Positions 13,982 to 27,170 of a DNA stretch of 64,000 nucleotides are shown piece after piece. Under the pieces are notes generated by a model that saw only the letters and a program-made list of their open reading frames with translations, ran no database searches and was not told the DNA's origin. The stretch lies in assembly GCA_965153455.1 (NCBI GenBank), contig OZ234494.1, forward strand, positions 11,966,001 to 12,030,000, read 5' to 3'. Every line of letters begins with the position of its first letter. The first letter of the stretch is position 1. A program made the translations under genes and the position numbers. The DNA comes from Sphagnum compactum (lineage: Eukaryota).

Positions 13982-14632
13982 ATGGCGGCAGGAGACGGGG
14001 GGGAGTTCGATCATCTCTTCAAGGTGCTCTTGATCGGTGATTCGGGAGTCGGTAAGAGCAGTCTGCTTCTCCGTTTCACGTCCGACACTTTCGACGATTT
14101 GTCTCCTACAATAGGAGTGGATTTCAAGCTGAAGATGATGTTGCTGCAAGGGAAGAGGCTGAAGCTCACGATCTGGGACACAGCGGGACAAGAAAGGTTC
14201 AGGACGTTGACGAGCTCTTATTACAGAGGAGCACAAGGAGTGATACTGGTGTACGATGTGACAAGACGAGCGACGTTCACGGATTTGTCGGATGTATGGC
14301 TCAAGGAAGTGGAGCGATACTGCAACAACGAGGATTGCATCAAGATGTTGATCGGCAACAAAGTGGATCTGGAAGAATCCGAACGTGGAGTGAGCAAGAA
14401 AGAAGGAATTGCTTTCGCCCGCGAACATGGATGCTTGTTCCTTGAGGCTAGTGCCAAGACCAGCATCAATGTGCAACGCTGCTTTGATGAGCTTGTTCAA
14501 AAGATTTTGGATACTCCTAGCTTGACTGCAGATACATCATCATCATCACAGCAGATGAAGAAGAAGAATTTGCTGAGACCAGGCCAAACTCCAGACCAAA
14601 ATCCAGATGTCTCTGGGGGCTGTGGCTGTTGA
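13982..14632 (+). CDS. RABC: Rab GTPase of the RABC/Rab18 subfamily, 216 aa, intronless CDS
   Basis: GDSGVGKS P-loop, SPTIGVDF effector loop, [22 protein letters not shown] (RABC/Rab18 signature), NKVD, EASAK, and a C-terminal CGC (CxC) prenylation motif. ATG at 13982. Confidence 0.95.
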   Translation: MAAGDGGEFDHLFKVLLIGDSGVGKSSLLLRFTSDTFDDLSPTIGVDFKLKMMLLQGKRLKLTIWDTAGQERFRTLTSSYYRGAQGVILVYDVTRRATFTDLSDVWLKEVERYCNNEDCIKMLIGNKVDLEESERGVSKKEGIAFAREHGCLFLEASAKTSINVQRCFDELVQKILDTPSLTADTSSSSQQMKKKNLLRPGQTPDQNPDVSGGCGC

Positions 14633-16331
14633 TTCTGTAAGATTTACCCAGGTTTGTATCTACTACTGTGCATTTGATGGGAGCTTCTGTCCAAAAACTC
14701 TCTCTCTCTTCCTAAATTTGTAAGTTGACAACACAATTTGATCCACTGAAATTCTTCAAGGTTGTTTGCTTGGTTATTTCACTTGTTTGCTCATTTGAGT
14801 TTGAGAAAAAGGGTTTTTTGCTGACAAAGAGTCTGTCTCGCAATGCTTGAAAGCTCTTCACTCTTATGATCACCTCCATGCTGGCAACCTCAAGTTGAAT
14901 TAGGGTTTTTCTCAATGCTGGCAAGCTCAAGTTGAATTTAGGGTTTGGTAGTTTGATAGTTTTGTCTCTGATTGGTTGCTTCTTCCATCCTGAGTTGTGA
15001 CCATTTGAGGATAAGAAGAAGAGAATTTGGATCTATGAGAATATGTATCTGTTCCCTGGGTTTGGTCCTGCCATAACTCAAGGACTTGGGAAAGAGTATG
15101 TAAACCCTAAACCCTATCCTATGCATGATTGACAGTAGGTCATCTTGAAATGCTGTTTGGTTTGTTGAATTGATTGTTCGAAAAGGCAAGGTTGCAGTGG
15201 TTGGGACACATCATCAGTACATAGTCATCTTCAGCTATGTCAGCTCGCATCCCTGACAAGACATTGTGAAAGTAATTTCTCTATGTTTTGTCGTGTCACA
15301 TGATACAATTGAAACTGAAAAAGAGAAAATTAGCATTAAGATCTGAGAGTTGAATGCACGTTTTTTCCTTTTGTTTTTGTACCAGGTATTTTTGGTAGTT
15401 ATACCAGTGGGATCCTACAGTCTTTTGTTCTCAGATCAGATTGGCTATGGTGACAAGCATCCATTTACCAGTCAATAACAGAGATCAAAACATCATTCTA
15501 ACATCTCAATCTACATCAATAAGTTTTGTTCAATGGAAATAAGGTTTGTTACATCTCTCTGTTGGTCTTCAAGCAGTTCTCAAGGATGGCATCGAGTGTC
15601 CACAATTTGGAAGTTATATTGTGCTATCCAACAGATGATCTGCTGTTATGTTGTTGAAAGCTATGTACAATGTCTATGAACTTGAGAGACATGGTAAGCC
15701 TTCACCATAAAATTCATGAAAGTTCCTAATTCAATGTGGATTAGGACTAATTTCTGTTTAGTGTTCTTGAACAGGCTGCAGGTATCTCCAACAAATACAG
15801 GGAATCCAGACAACTTTCAAGTAATGGAATGAGAGGGTACTTGCAGCTGATGGGTGTGATTGAAAGCAAAGCAGCTATTTTACAAGCTTCAATCTTGCTT
15901 TGCTGTCAGAGGCCTTTTGGGGACTCACTCTTGAATGAAGCTTTCGGGGGACTCTCTCTTAAATGCAGACTCCTGCAAAATGGAATGGTGATAGTCTTGT
16001 GTTTCACTTCAAGTGCCTCAGTGAAAAGGAAACAAAATTAGAACTAACTTTGTGCATCATTGGGGTGTGTTTTTGCAAGAGGATAGAACTGTGGATACTT
16101 GGGTCTTCACAGAACAAACAGTTCTATCTATGCCTACTCCTCAAGAGTGCGATGGATCTTATGCCTACAAGCATGAGAAGGAACCGTCCTCTTTTCTAGG
16201 AAGGATATTCACGGATTTAAGGTGCTCTCCAAGTACACTTCTGAAATTTCTCCATTGCTTTACAACTACAATATCCATAGTCTTATCTCAATACAATTGA
16301 TTAACTACCATTTCAGGGCAGATTGAGGGAC

Positions 16332-16530
16332 ATGACTATGTTTGTCTCTTTCTTGGGCCCATCATTTCCTTCAAGAGAAAACTTGAGCCAAACACTTGGG
16401 GATTCTCCAATGAACCCTTTCTAACAACATAGTGACTATGTCTGTCTCTTTTTTGGGCCCATCATTTCCTTCGAAAGAAAACTTGAGCCAAACATTTGGG
16501 GATTCTCCAATGAATCGCTTTTTGACAACA
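16332..16530. repeat. Tandem duplication of ~100 bp
   Basis: tgactatgt(t/c)tgtctcttt..gggcccatcatttccttc..aaacttgagccaaaca(c/t)ttggggattctccaatgaa at ~16333 and ~16433. Confidence 0.85.
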
Positions 16531-16739
16531 CATGCAAACTTTTCGAACCCACAACTAACATTTGGCAGTTTTTCTTGAAATAATTAGTTCAAAATTTGTA
16601 CTATCAATGTTAAGTACAATGTAAGTACATGATGTGCAAATTATTAAAGACTTGGAAATCTTTATTAAAAAACACATCGTAGATTAGGGAAATGTACAAA
16701 GGAGTAAAATAAAGGAAAAGGGAAAAGTGACAAGATATC

Positions 16740-18790
16740 AAGTTGGCTCAAGGTAGAAAGATGAAAGGCCTTATGTCCCTTTCAAGCTTCAAATGGCATT
16801 GGCACACTCGTGTAAAAACACATCGACATGCTTATGTAAGCAATCAAATACTTCAATTGCTAAGGGGAGGAATTGATTAGTGGGGTGTCAATTGCAATAG
16901 CTCCTTTCCTTGACTTGAGTTGTGTAAGATTGAAAAAATAAATCCGTTCATGTTGGGTCGACAATGACAACGTTGGTTAAGGTGTGAATGTTATTTTTGA
17001 TAAGCATAATGTTGATTCGTCAACAAAAGGAGTTGAATGTGGTTAAAAGAAACGCATGTAATTGTTTTCGTTCCACATGGAAACCAACATCTCGTGCAAT
17101 GGTGGCAAAGGTGTCGTGAATTGCATCATGGGTTCCAGTGCGTTCATTGCAATGAACACAACGTAAGAGGTGAATACCCATAGGGTCGATGGGATGTGTG
17201 TATACATATCAAAGAATGCCTACAATTAAAGGATGGGTAGTCCAAGTCACGTACAAAGTGCTGCGCAAAAAACTGGGGAAGATAATCGAAAGGCGAAGAA
17301 GATTAATCGAACTATAAGCCAAATGCCTACCCCTAGGCCAGAACATAATAAAATTTGGGCACGATGGGCCTCAAATGTCTCGTCGAATAACATGTTAAAA
17401 AAGGTATAATGGTGCAAATGCTCTGAAATGGAATCTTGAAATTGAACCATTTGTTGTCCGATGAGTTGTTCAAATGGAAGAAAACACATACAAGCTAGAG
17501 GTGATAAAAGATCACATGCCGCCTTGAGGTGTTGGAAAAGAAATGTGTTGTTGTCGACTCGTGTTAAAGTTTCAAAAAGGAAAGAACATGGATCAACCAT
17601 AAACTTAGCAGCTATGATTGAAACGACAAGGGCCCAACTTCCTAAATAGGCTGCTGAGGCGATGGTGGATGTCAATGTGAGCCCAACACCACCAAAAGTT
17701 ATTGGGAGGGAGGCTTGTTTACAAGTTAAAAATCTTTCAAAGCTATCAAAAGATCTTGGACCCAAAAAACATCCAAATATTTTATGAAAGGAAGAGTCAA
17801 AAGAAATAAGGGACTCTATGAAGGTGGAAGATGAAGGTGTGCATTGTAAAAAATACAATGAACATTGCATGAAACAACAAATTATAATTCTAAAAGCCAC
17901 CTGAACATCATCCATTCTAATAAGAAGGTGCACATGTCAAACACTCTCTTGCAGGGCTTTTTTTTTATGAAGGATGATGTGAAAGTTACAGTGCCCAACG
18001 GAACCCCTAGGATTCTAATTCCTTTGGATGGGATGGTAAACTAAAATGGGGTGTTGAAATTTGGTGGCAGGCTAAAGGGTGACCATGCAACCCATTTCTA
18101 AAGTTGGATTGAAAGACCTATTGCACGAAGTTCGGTCTGGAAATGTTCATGAATAGATGATACAATTGAAAAGGGACCTATGATGACAATGTCGTCTGTA
18201 ATGGATGGAAATAGACAAGAGGGAAAATGACTAACTAAAAAACGTAAAGCCTTAAAATGGGCTAAAGCGAATAGTGCCCCCCACCCCCCCCCCAAAAGAT
18301 CACCTTGACGAATCCCCATGGCAAATGGGATGATTGTGACATCACCTTCATGATTACAATGACTATAAAACAAAGGAAAATTGAATGCATAGAATGCACA
18401 AATAAAAGGGATGAGTTGTATGATGTCCTCACCTGTTGCACAAAGTTCTTGAAATATGACCCCTTTTGACATTAAATTAAAGATGTTTGCTACGTCTAGT
18501 TGAAGAACAACCTAGTTGGGGTGAAGGTCTAAGGTGCATCTAATGCCATGGATTACTACTTCACAGCCACCCTTAATTGCAACTCTAAATTGGTGTGAGG
18601 AAAAGTGTGTTACAAAAGCTTCATGGAACTGAAGACATAAATGTGACTTGTGAATCAATGTAATGTTTCCTCCATTACAATGGGAGGAACTCCACTTGAA
18701 CGCTTAGTCATGGTTAAGAGGCGGGCCACTCCAAAAACACATGTTATTTGGGGTAGAATATGGCCTTTTACAATATGAAAACAAAGTTGG
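16740..18790 (-). mobile_element. 5'-truncated, degenerate CRE-like non-LTR retrotransposon (RT, C-terminal Zn knuckle and restriction-like endonuclease)
   Basis: Minus-strand translation gives RLLTMTKRSSGVPPIVMEE, HQFRVAIKGGCEVVIHGIR, VVLQLDVANIFN, GIRQGDLLGG..LFALAH and SITDDIVIIGP (RT); QASLPITFGGVGL; and HLLRCVHCNERTGTHDAIHDTFATIARDVGFHVE, VVIVDPT and PLAIEVFDCLH (RLE-type C-terminus). Many stops and frameshifts. Confidence 0.8.
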
Positions 18791-21700
18791 TTTTCAATAT
18801 AATATATAAAAATAAATAAGGATAAACGAAAGACATGAACAGTCCTTAACTTGAACCAGGTCAGGAGTTTCGAAGTTGAGCTATGTCTTATTTTGGTGAC
18901 ACTATTACAGCCATTTTTTTAGGTGGGATAGGTGGCAATGTGTCGCTTCCACTTTTAGTATACCATACTTACAACTGACATTTAACACAAAATGATTTGC
19001 AAAAGCTATAGTTGAAAAAACATGAAAAAAAATAATAAATAGTTGTTGAAATTGTAGAAAACTAAAAATCATTAGGTTACTACTACAAATGCCCAACACA
19101 AGATTTTTTTGCATATTTATTCCTCAATTGCTAAAATTTTGGAAAATTCAATTTGAAGCTGCTGAATATTATTTTCTAAAATAAATGAAACTTATTTTTT
19201 AAAATGAAGCTTGTTGTGTTTCCTAGGTGTACAAGGCATGGTACCATAGTACATAAAGGGCAGTAAGCACCATGACAAAAGGAATAAAAAACCTTGGGAA
19301 CATCCATCACCCTTTTAGAGTTGTCAACGTTTGAATACCCAAAAAGCACATCATATGTGCCCTTCTTGGATGTGGGTTTGGATTTTGTTGTAAATAGGGG
19401 CTCAAACATTATGCATCATAGTAGGATATTATTATTATTTGTTGGGAATTGGCAATGGAACCAGATCTCTTACACTTGTGGCTTAATTTTCCTATTTCAA
19501 ACCTTTTCTTTTTTTCTTTGTTTTTCTTTGCCTTGAAAGTTCAAACCCATGTTTCATACACAATGTGTTGAACAATAAGCAACATTAGAAAGCCCATCAA
19601 AATGCATAAAAATGATTGAACTCCAAGTCACTAATTTCCTTTCAAATGTTTTTCGCCCATCATCATAAAAAAGTTGCAACCCCCTTTAACTATAATATGA
19701 TTCGTAACATCTATTTGACATAGCTAACATCCACATATGCCCAACTAAAGGTCCCTTCCACCTACTATTAGCTAAGTTGAAGGTTAGGTATATTTAACCT
19801 GTTTAAAACATGTGATGGTGATAGGCAACAAGGCTAATTGGTGGCCATGTTGTTGTTTAATCATGTGGATTCACACTAGAGGGTTGGAAGGTACATATTT
19901 TTTACTTTTTGTCTTTGGCGCAAATTCAGAAATTCACACCCTGGCATCAATAAGTTCCATTGCACCTCTTTTTTCTTCTTTTTGTTTGCCTAGCATTTCA
20001 CAGCTCTCGTAGACTCTCCAACTTCTTTAATTTTCTTATCCTTTTCATTGTTTTCTACATTTTTTTAGTTATTTAATGTTGTTGCATTGTTCGTTATTGT
20101 TGTATTTCTTTTTGTGTAAATTTTTCTTGCATCAATGTGTTGTCAAAGAAGTACAATGCTTGTGCTATTGTTATTTCCTTTCACACAAGTTTATCTTACA
20201 TCAGAAGGTCGTTGAAGAAGTGTTTGCATTTTTTTTGTTGTGTTTCGTTGTTTGTTTGTGTTGCATCAGCATGTCATCAAATAAATGAATTGTGATTGGT
20301 TATTTGAGCATAATTGTTTGCTCCATCGGTGCATCACCAAAGAAATGAATTGTGGTTGGTTGTTTGAACATGATTTTGTTGCAAGTTTCTCTTTGAACAC
20401 AATTTTTTGTTGTTTTTGCATTTTATTGTATTTTTGCATTAAAGCTTCATCAAAAAAAAAATGTTTGAGTTGTTTTTGTGTAGGTATTTCCTACATCAAA
20501 GTTTCCAATAGATTTTTTTTTGTTTGAGTTATATCTTGTAGGTTTCTCCTACATCAAAATTTTTTTTTTGTTTGAATTGTTGTGTTGATTGTTTGTGCAA
20601 GTTCTATTTTTGCAATCAACCATGGATGACAAGTTGATTACTTTGTTCTAACTTTCTGCATTGCCTTGTTAGTTGACATCATTCCAAATGTTTTCTTTGC
20701 AACAATTCTAGCCATTGAGATGTTTTCCTTCAACATTGATAACTTGACAATACCGAAGGTTTTGGAATCTAGGTTAGTTTTTGGCCTTTTGATGTTTTGC
20801 ATCAATTTCAATTATCTAGTTCTTGGTAATTGAGTTTGATAAAGACAAATGGGTGGAAAACTTCCATAAAAGAAAAAAAAAGATTTTTTTATATTTTGAA
20901 TCAATTGAAACCAATCCTTCAAAAGCAAGAGACCAAATCATAGAAAGTTATTCCTATAGAAATTCGCCTATGTTGTGCAATCTACAAATTGGTTCAACAT
21001 GTCAACTTTCTTACTTGAAATGAATTATTTGCAATACGAAAGTCCACCGTCTCTCTTGTTTTGCATGAACTTTTTTATGCATTCATTAATGTGTACAATT
21101 GTTTGATTATTTAGCCTAAAAGGGAAACAATGACAACTATAATGGCATAATTAAGAACTTGGTGTGATTTTCTTCATGTGCAAAGTGTCATTGATCACAC
21201 ACATATTTCAATTGTAAATTTTTTTTTCTTATCCAAAGGGTCAACCTTTTTCTTATCCAAAAGATCAACGACGCTAATGGGTGAACGGGCGAACAAGTGA
21301 GCATGAGCAGGCGAGCTTGCTTAGGTGAACAAAAAGGAATCTTAAAGAATATTTCATGCCATGTCATGGAATTTTTGAATATATTTGTTTGTCACATGGA
21401 AATTATTTAGTGACATGGCGAATTTTTTTTTGACATGACAAAATATTTTGTGACATGGTAGAATATTCCATGATGTGGCAAAATATTTTTTGACAAGCCA
21501 TGGAATAATTTTGCCATGTCACATATATGGTTTGTTTTGGGATCAACAATGGTCTATTGATTCTAAACATGGGTTTGGCCAAGAAAGTTGTCAAGAGTAA
21601 CATGATGTGAACATTTGAAAGTGAAAAAAAATTGAAGGATGCATTTTATCATCCGTCATGCAACCAATGCTCCAAATGTCTAGGGCTTTTGAAGAATAAT

Positions 21701-21959
21701 TATAATATTTTCAAAAATGTTGAAATGGGTGGGAATTGCGTGCTTGAAAAATATTTGATGAAAATTAACTTCTCAAATATATTATTATTTGACAAACATG
21801 TGTTGAAATGGCCAAGGTATCACAATATTATACATAAATATACATCATTTTAGAATGATTGAAAACTTACAAAGTGGAGAAAAAACCTTTGGGTTGTAAA
21901 TAAAATTTAAATTTTCTATATAGTCCGGCTAGCTATAGAAAGGTTTATGAATGAGATTG

Positions 21960-24170
21960 TGATGTACTATCATAGAGTTCAAAGGTTTTAAAACACTTCA
22001 ACAAATGTTGAACTTCATCCCAACTCCATGTGTATAGCGATGAATGAACTATTTTGTGAGCCCATAGAACATAATTAATTGTAAGACGTGATACACATGT
22101 TTACATGCACATACACCTCATGGCTGCCCAAAGAAGTTGCCAACATTATGACAAAATATACACATGATCATCCAGGGAAATTTCCAGTAATGACGTCGTA
22201 ACGTTTGTCATCAAAAATATATATTGTAAATTCGTCCATACCCAGGTGGTGGGACATTAACATGGTGGAGAATAGTGCATTGAGTAAATAAGATGTCAAC
22301 CTCCCAATTGTTGGTGTGTTGTTATGTTAATTTGAAGACGAATGGTCGCTTCACCTTCTTGCCACCATGAGTTGTAGGCCAACAACTTGCATCGGTCGGC
22401 TACACAATGTTGTCACCATTCATAGCAAGCGCATGTAAAATGCTTGAACTAAAAGATTGGGAACCAAATAAACTTTCGCAAAAGTAGAGAAGTACTAGAA
22501 CCAAAGGGCGGTCGCTACATGCCTACATCCTTAACAATATTGGGTTCATCAACAAACTATAATGATTTTTCATGGACAAAAGACATTCACAGGATCAGGA
22601 CGATGAGAATCATTGTTTGCACCAAGAGGACAATCAATGGGTTGCTTGCCAAATCAAAAAACCTCCTCACCTTTGAAGTGCATAGCATGATTTGAAAAGG
22701 ATGACTTGGATGACATCTTGAAAATGAACACTTTTGTCCTGGAACTTGTCTTGGGAAGCAGCACTCCTAGATGTAATCAACTTCTGGACTTCAAATTTGA
22801 AAATGTTATCAATAGGGTGAAAAGACATTAAGGTGTCACAATTTCGGCAGATTTGAATCCCTTTTCAAAGTCCTTTTCTAGTTAGTTGAAAATTGGCTTT
22901 AAATATGGATAATTATATGATATTGAAAGTAATTTTTTTTCCATTTCCAATTTCAAATCATGATGCTATAAGACATATTAAAAAATCACAAAAGAATTTT
23001 TTGTAATGCTTAAAAATGCTTTTAAAATAATTATAATTTTTGGGATTTTAAAAAGTCTATAACATAATAAATTAAAATCACATTCCACTCATTCAATGGA
23101 TCTTTAGTTTCTTAAACATGATTCATCCAATATCCCAAAATTTCAAACACATAAGACTAACACATTATAAGATAAAAGTCCATTTTCATGAGTTTTGCAA
23201 ATGTGACAAAAAGTCTGGGTATAATTCAAAAGTCCATTATTTATTGGCCATCCACAATTTTGATTTGATTTTTTCATTTGTGGAAGGTTGATTATGATAA
23301 CTTTAGATAAGTGAGTCCCTCTTTCTATTATTTCAATGAATTTTGTTTTATTTATTTTCTTGTATCTAAGGAATATAGGAAAAACTACCATTGTGACATC
23401 CATATAAGGTCATCGTAGTGTGCAAACATCTAATATAACCACCCCCTGAACAATGCTTGAAAGAAACAACAAGGTTATAAATGTTGGGAGAGTTTAGTTC
23501 ATAGAACTTGTCCTAGATGTGCTTTAACTACTCACCGTTGAAAACCTCCACTATGCCATTGCTATAATCATCTAACAAATGCTTAACCAAAAAGGTCTTG
23601 CTAGGAAATTGCAAATATTTTTGCATCAAGCATGTGATCCACTTCCTTCGCGATCAACCTTCTAGTTTCATCCACAAACTACCTGCACTTTCCATCCCCA
23701 ACAAGATGTTTGTGGACCCCAAGATGAATCATCGCTCATGAAATAGATTGGAGTCTATGCACGACATAACATAATATATTCATCCATTGTAATATCTGAC
23801 ATAGAAAGGAGGAGCATGACAAAATTTGCATCCAAGCAAAGAAGCCAACAAAGTAAATGCCATTTGACCTACAAGCCAATTTGATGTTCCTAGCGTGAAG
23901 ACAATTTCTTGTGAGTCATGAGTCAAGTTATTGCCAACAATGCGATAATAGTCACAACCAACCACCCAATCTCTCCTTTAAGAGGAAGTTGTAGGAATTT
24001 GGAACATGTCACATGTTCCATCTTCCTCCATTGTCTTGAATTTTTGGTTAATTTAAGCTTGTAGAATGCCTTACTTTAAAGATATTGCATTCGAATCCAC
24101 AAGGTTTGAAGGATTCAAAAAATAACATGTCCTCTGGAATGACATTTCTCGATGAACTTCACAATATGTG
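21960..24170 (-). mobile_element. Fragmented SWIM zinc-finger (MULE-like) putative transposase pseudogene, at least two pieces
   Basis: Minus-strand fragments: CKFCHAPP..IYYV..IHLGVHKHLVGDGKCR..DKFYELNSPNIYNLVVSFKH (~23430-23850); DYI*ECCFPRQ..KVFIFKMS..HFKGEEVF..DSHRPDPVN (~22570-22830); and a SWIM-like GNFPG*SCVYF..CKHVYHVLQ..TWSWDEVQHLL (~21990-22250). Family assignment is from recall of bryophyte SWIM-type repeat proteins, not from a search. Confidence 0.6.
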
Positions 24171-24879
24171 TGACAAAAAACAAAATTGAACCACATCAAA
24201 ATAGAAATAAATTTTAAATGATAAAAATTAAATGGATTAAAACATTGATGGGCTCAAGAAATTGTAGCAATCCATAAGTTTTCTTTTGCATATCTTTTGA
24301 ATCATTATTCTCCAAATTTGATTTTGGATTGTACATAAGGATGGCATTTGACAAAATTTTATGGAATGGTTTAAGAATATATATCTCCTCTAAAATCTAA
24401 TGCAAGTCCTCTCCTCCACCAAGAAGTCTTGTTCTATGCAATCCAAGAACATGCAGAAAGCGATCACATTGGTGCGAAAATCCTTTTCATTTTTGGGTTA
24501 AAATTTAAAAGAAAAGTTTAATTTACCTCTTTGAATTGACTTCCAATCTCAAAAGTTTCCTACAAAAAAACATTTAAGAATTTATAATCAAAGTATATTT
24601 CAAACAAAAGAAAATATTTGCAAATCCAAAGACTTGGAAATGTTTTTGGAAAAGAAAAATTATGAAGAGAAGAAAACAATTCCTCATGCCCATATTCAAA
24701 CTTCAACCTCGAAGTTTAAACTTTGAAGAAGGGTTGAAAGTAAGTTTCTTGCTTTTGGCCACCAAATTTCAGAACCGAACGTTAAAGGTTGGGAACAAAT
24801 TGTCTATTTTTTACTGCCTTCCATCAATTTCAAAGCTCAAAGTAAGGAACTTCATGCATGGCCGAAAAAAGAGGGTTGA

Positions 24880-27170
24880 TGTTGCCTCTAACCTTTGACA
24901 CCAAAAGTTGAGGCTAGGCAGGACAAAAAATCTTTGAATTTTTAAATTTTTATTTATTTATTTATCTATTTTTGTTTTTGACCTCCAACTTTCAATGCCA
25001 AAAGTTGCAAGTTGGGAGGAACAAAAAATTGAGTTTTTTTTTCCCCCCTCCTTGACCTCCAACTTTTGGTGTCGAAAGTTGGAGGCCACTGAAAGTTGAA
25101 TGCCGAAAAGAAAAAAACTTTTAATTTTTTTCTTTTTTTCTTTTTTTTTCTCCTTGACCTCCAAATTTTGGTGCCAAAAGTTAGATGCCAATTAGAATTT
25201 CTACTTGGAGCTCTAGGCATGTCTGAGAACAAATTTTTCTACTCTCGACCTCCTACTTTCGGTGAAAGTTAAATGCTGATTAAAATTTTCTAAGAGCTCT
25301 AGGCATGTCCAAGAGCAAATTTTTCTACTCTTGGCCTCCTACTTTTGGCGTCAAAAGTAGGAGGCCAAACACAAAAAAAATTGCTCCAATTTCATGCAGG
25401 GAGATTTGGGCATGGTTCAAAGTAATTTATTTGCTTTTGGTCTCCTATTCTCAATGTCGAAAGTAGGAGGTTGAAAGCAAAAAAAAATGCTTTGGCCACA
25501 TTTTAAGTTTCTAAGTTTTACACTTGGAGTTCTAGGCATGGCCAAGATCAAAATTTTCTGTTCTTGACCTCCTATTTTCGACACCAAAAGTAAGAGGCCG
25601 AACACAAAAAAAATTGCTCCAACTTTGTGCATGGAGATCTGGGCATGGTTCAAAACAAATTTTTTGCTCTCAATCTCTTATTCTCGATGCCAAAAGTAAA
25701 AGGTTGAGAGCAAAAAAATTGTTTTGGTCACACTTTGAGTTTCTAAGCTTTGTGCTTGGAGTTCTAAGCATGGCCGAGATTCAAATTTTCTCCTTTTAGC
25801 TTCCTATTTTCAACGCCAAAAATAGGAGGCTAAACAGAAAAAAAAATTGCCCCAACTTTGTGCATGGAGATTTGGGCATGGTTTAAAGCAAAGTTTTTGC
25901 TCTCAATTTCCTATTTTCAACGTCAAAAGTAGGAGGTTGAAAGCCAAAAAAATTCCCTTGGCCACATTTTGAATTTTTAAGCTCTGTGCTTAGAGTTCTA
26001 AGCATGGCCAAAATCTTTTGTTTTTGGTCTTGGCCTCCTACTTTTGGAGGTGGGGCGCCAAAAAAAATGATTTTGGCCATGCTCAGAACTATAAGAACAA
26101 AACTTAGAAACTCAAAGTGTGGCTAAGGCAAAAAAATTTGCTTTCAACCTCCTACTTTCGACGCCAAAAATAGGAGGCTAAACAAAAAATAAATAAATTC
26201 AGCCATGCCTAAATTCTAAGCACAAAGCTTAAAAACTCAAAATGTAGCCAAGGCAATTTTTTTGCTTTCAACCTCCTATTTTCGGCGCCAAGAATAAGAG
26301 ATTAAAAAAAAAAAATTGCTTTGAACCATGCTTAGATCTCCATGCACAAATTTGGAACAATTATTTTTGTGTTGAGCCTCCTATTTTTGGCATTAAAAGT
26401 AGTAGGTGGAGTCCAAAACTATTACTTCAACCATGCTTTGAGGTTCCAAGTTGTGTGCTTGGAGCCTGGGCATGGTCAAGACCAAAAAAATTATTCTTGC
26501 CCTCCTACTTTTGACGTCAAAAATAGGAGGGTAGGTGCGAAAAAAATTGCTCCAACTTTTTCCATGGAGATGTGGGCATGGTTGAGAACAATGTTTTGCT
26601 CTCGATCTCCTATTTTCAATGCTAAAAGTAGGAGGCAAAAAAAAAAAAAACTGCCTTGGCCATGCTTTGAGTTTTTAAGCTTTGTGCTTAAAGTTTTATG
26701 CATGGCCTAGATCAATCTTGTTTCGTCTTGGCTTCCTACTTTGGGAATCGAAAATAGGAGGCTGAAGGTAATTTTTTTTTGTTTCAACCATGTTTTGAGC
26801 TTCCAAGATTCGTCTTCGGAGCTCTAGGTATGGCTGAAAACAATTTTTTTTTGCTCTCGACATCCTACTCTCAGTTTTGAAAGTAGGAAGCTGACAACCA
26901 AAAAGTTTGCATGAGCCATGTTTTGAGCTTCCAAGCTCTACGCTTGGAGTTCCATGCATGGCTAATAAAAAAAGTTTTGCTCTTGGACTCCTACTTTCGG
27001 TGCCATAAGAAGGAGGTCGAACGCAAGCCAAGTTTTGCCTTGGCGATGCTTTGAACTTCCAAGCTTTGTCTTTAGACCTCTCGGCATGGTTGAAATATTT
27101 TTTTTGTGCTTTCGACCTCCTACTTTCAACCTTGAAACTAAAAGGTTGAGAGCAATTTTTTTTCTCAATC
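24880..27170. repeat. Array of ~30-bp palindromic motifs within degenerate ~70-120-bp sub-units, with an orientation flip near 26050
   Basis: More than 20 imperfect copies of CCTCCTA(C/T)TTT(T/C)-N6-(A/G)AAA(G/A)TAGGAGG (e.g. 25335-25364), interleaved with gcatgg/ccatgc and ctaagcttt motifs. Confidence 0.85.

Noticed and set aside
13721..14500. 259-aa antisense ORF over the Rab gene
   Set aside because: Shadow ORF of the Rab coding strand plus leader repeats; no recognisable domain.
19170..21150. Possible further transposase fragments (also 31000-31650)
   Set aside because: Looks like decayed TE sequence, but I could read no diagnostic motif, so no family is claimed.
24880..27170. CRISPR-like appearance of regularly spaced palindromes (also 56950-58243)
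   Set aside because: The spacers are themselves repeated and degenerate, the spacing is irregular, there are no cas genes, and the context is a eukaryotic transposon.
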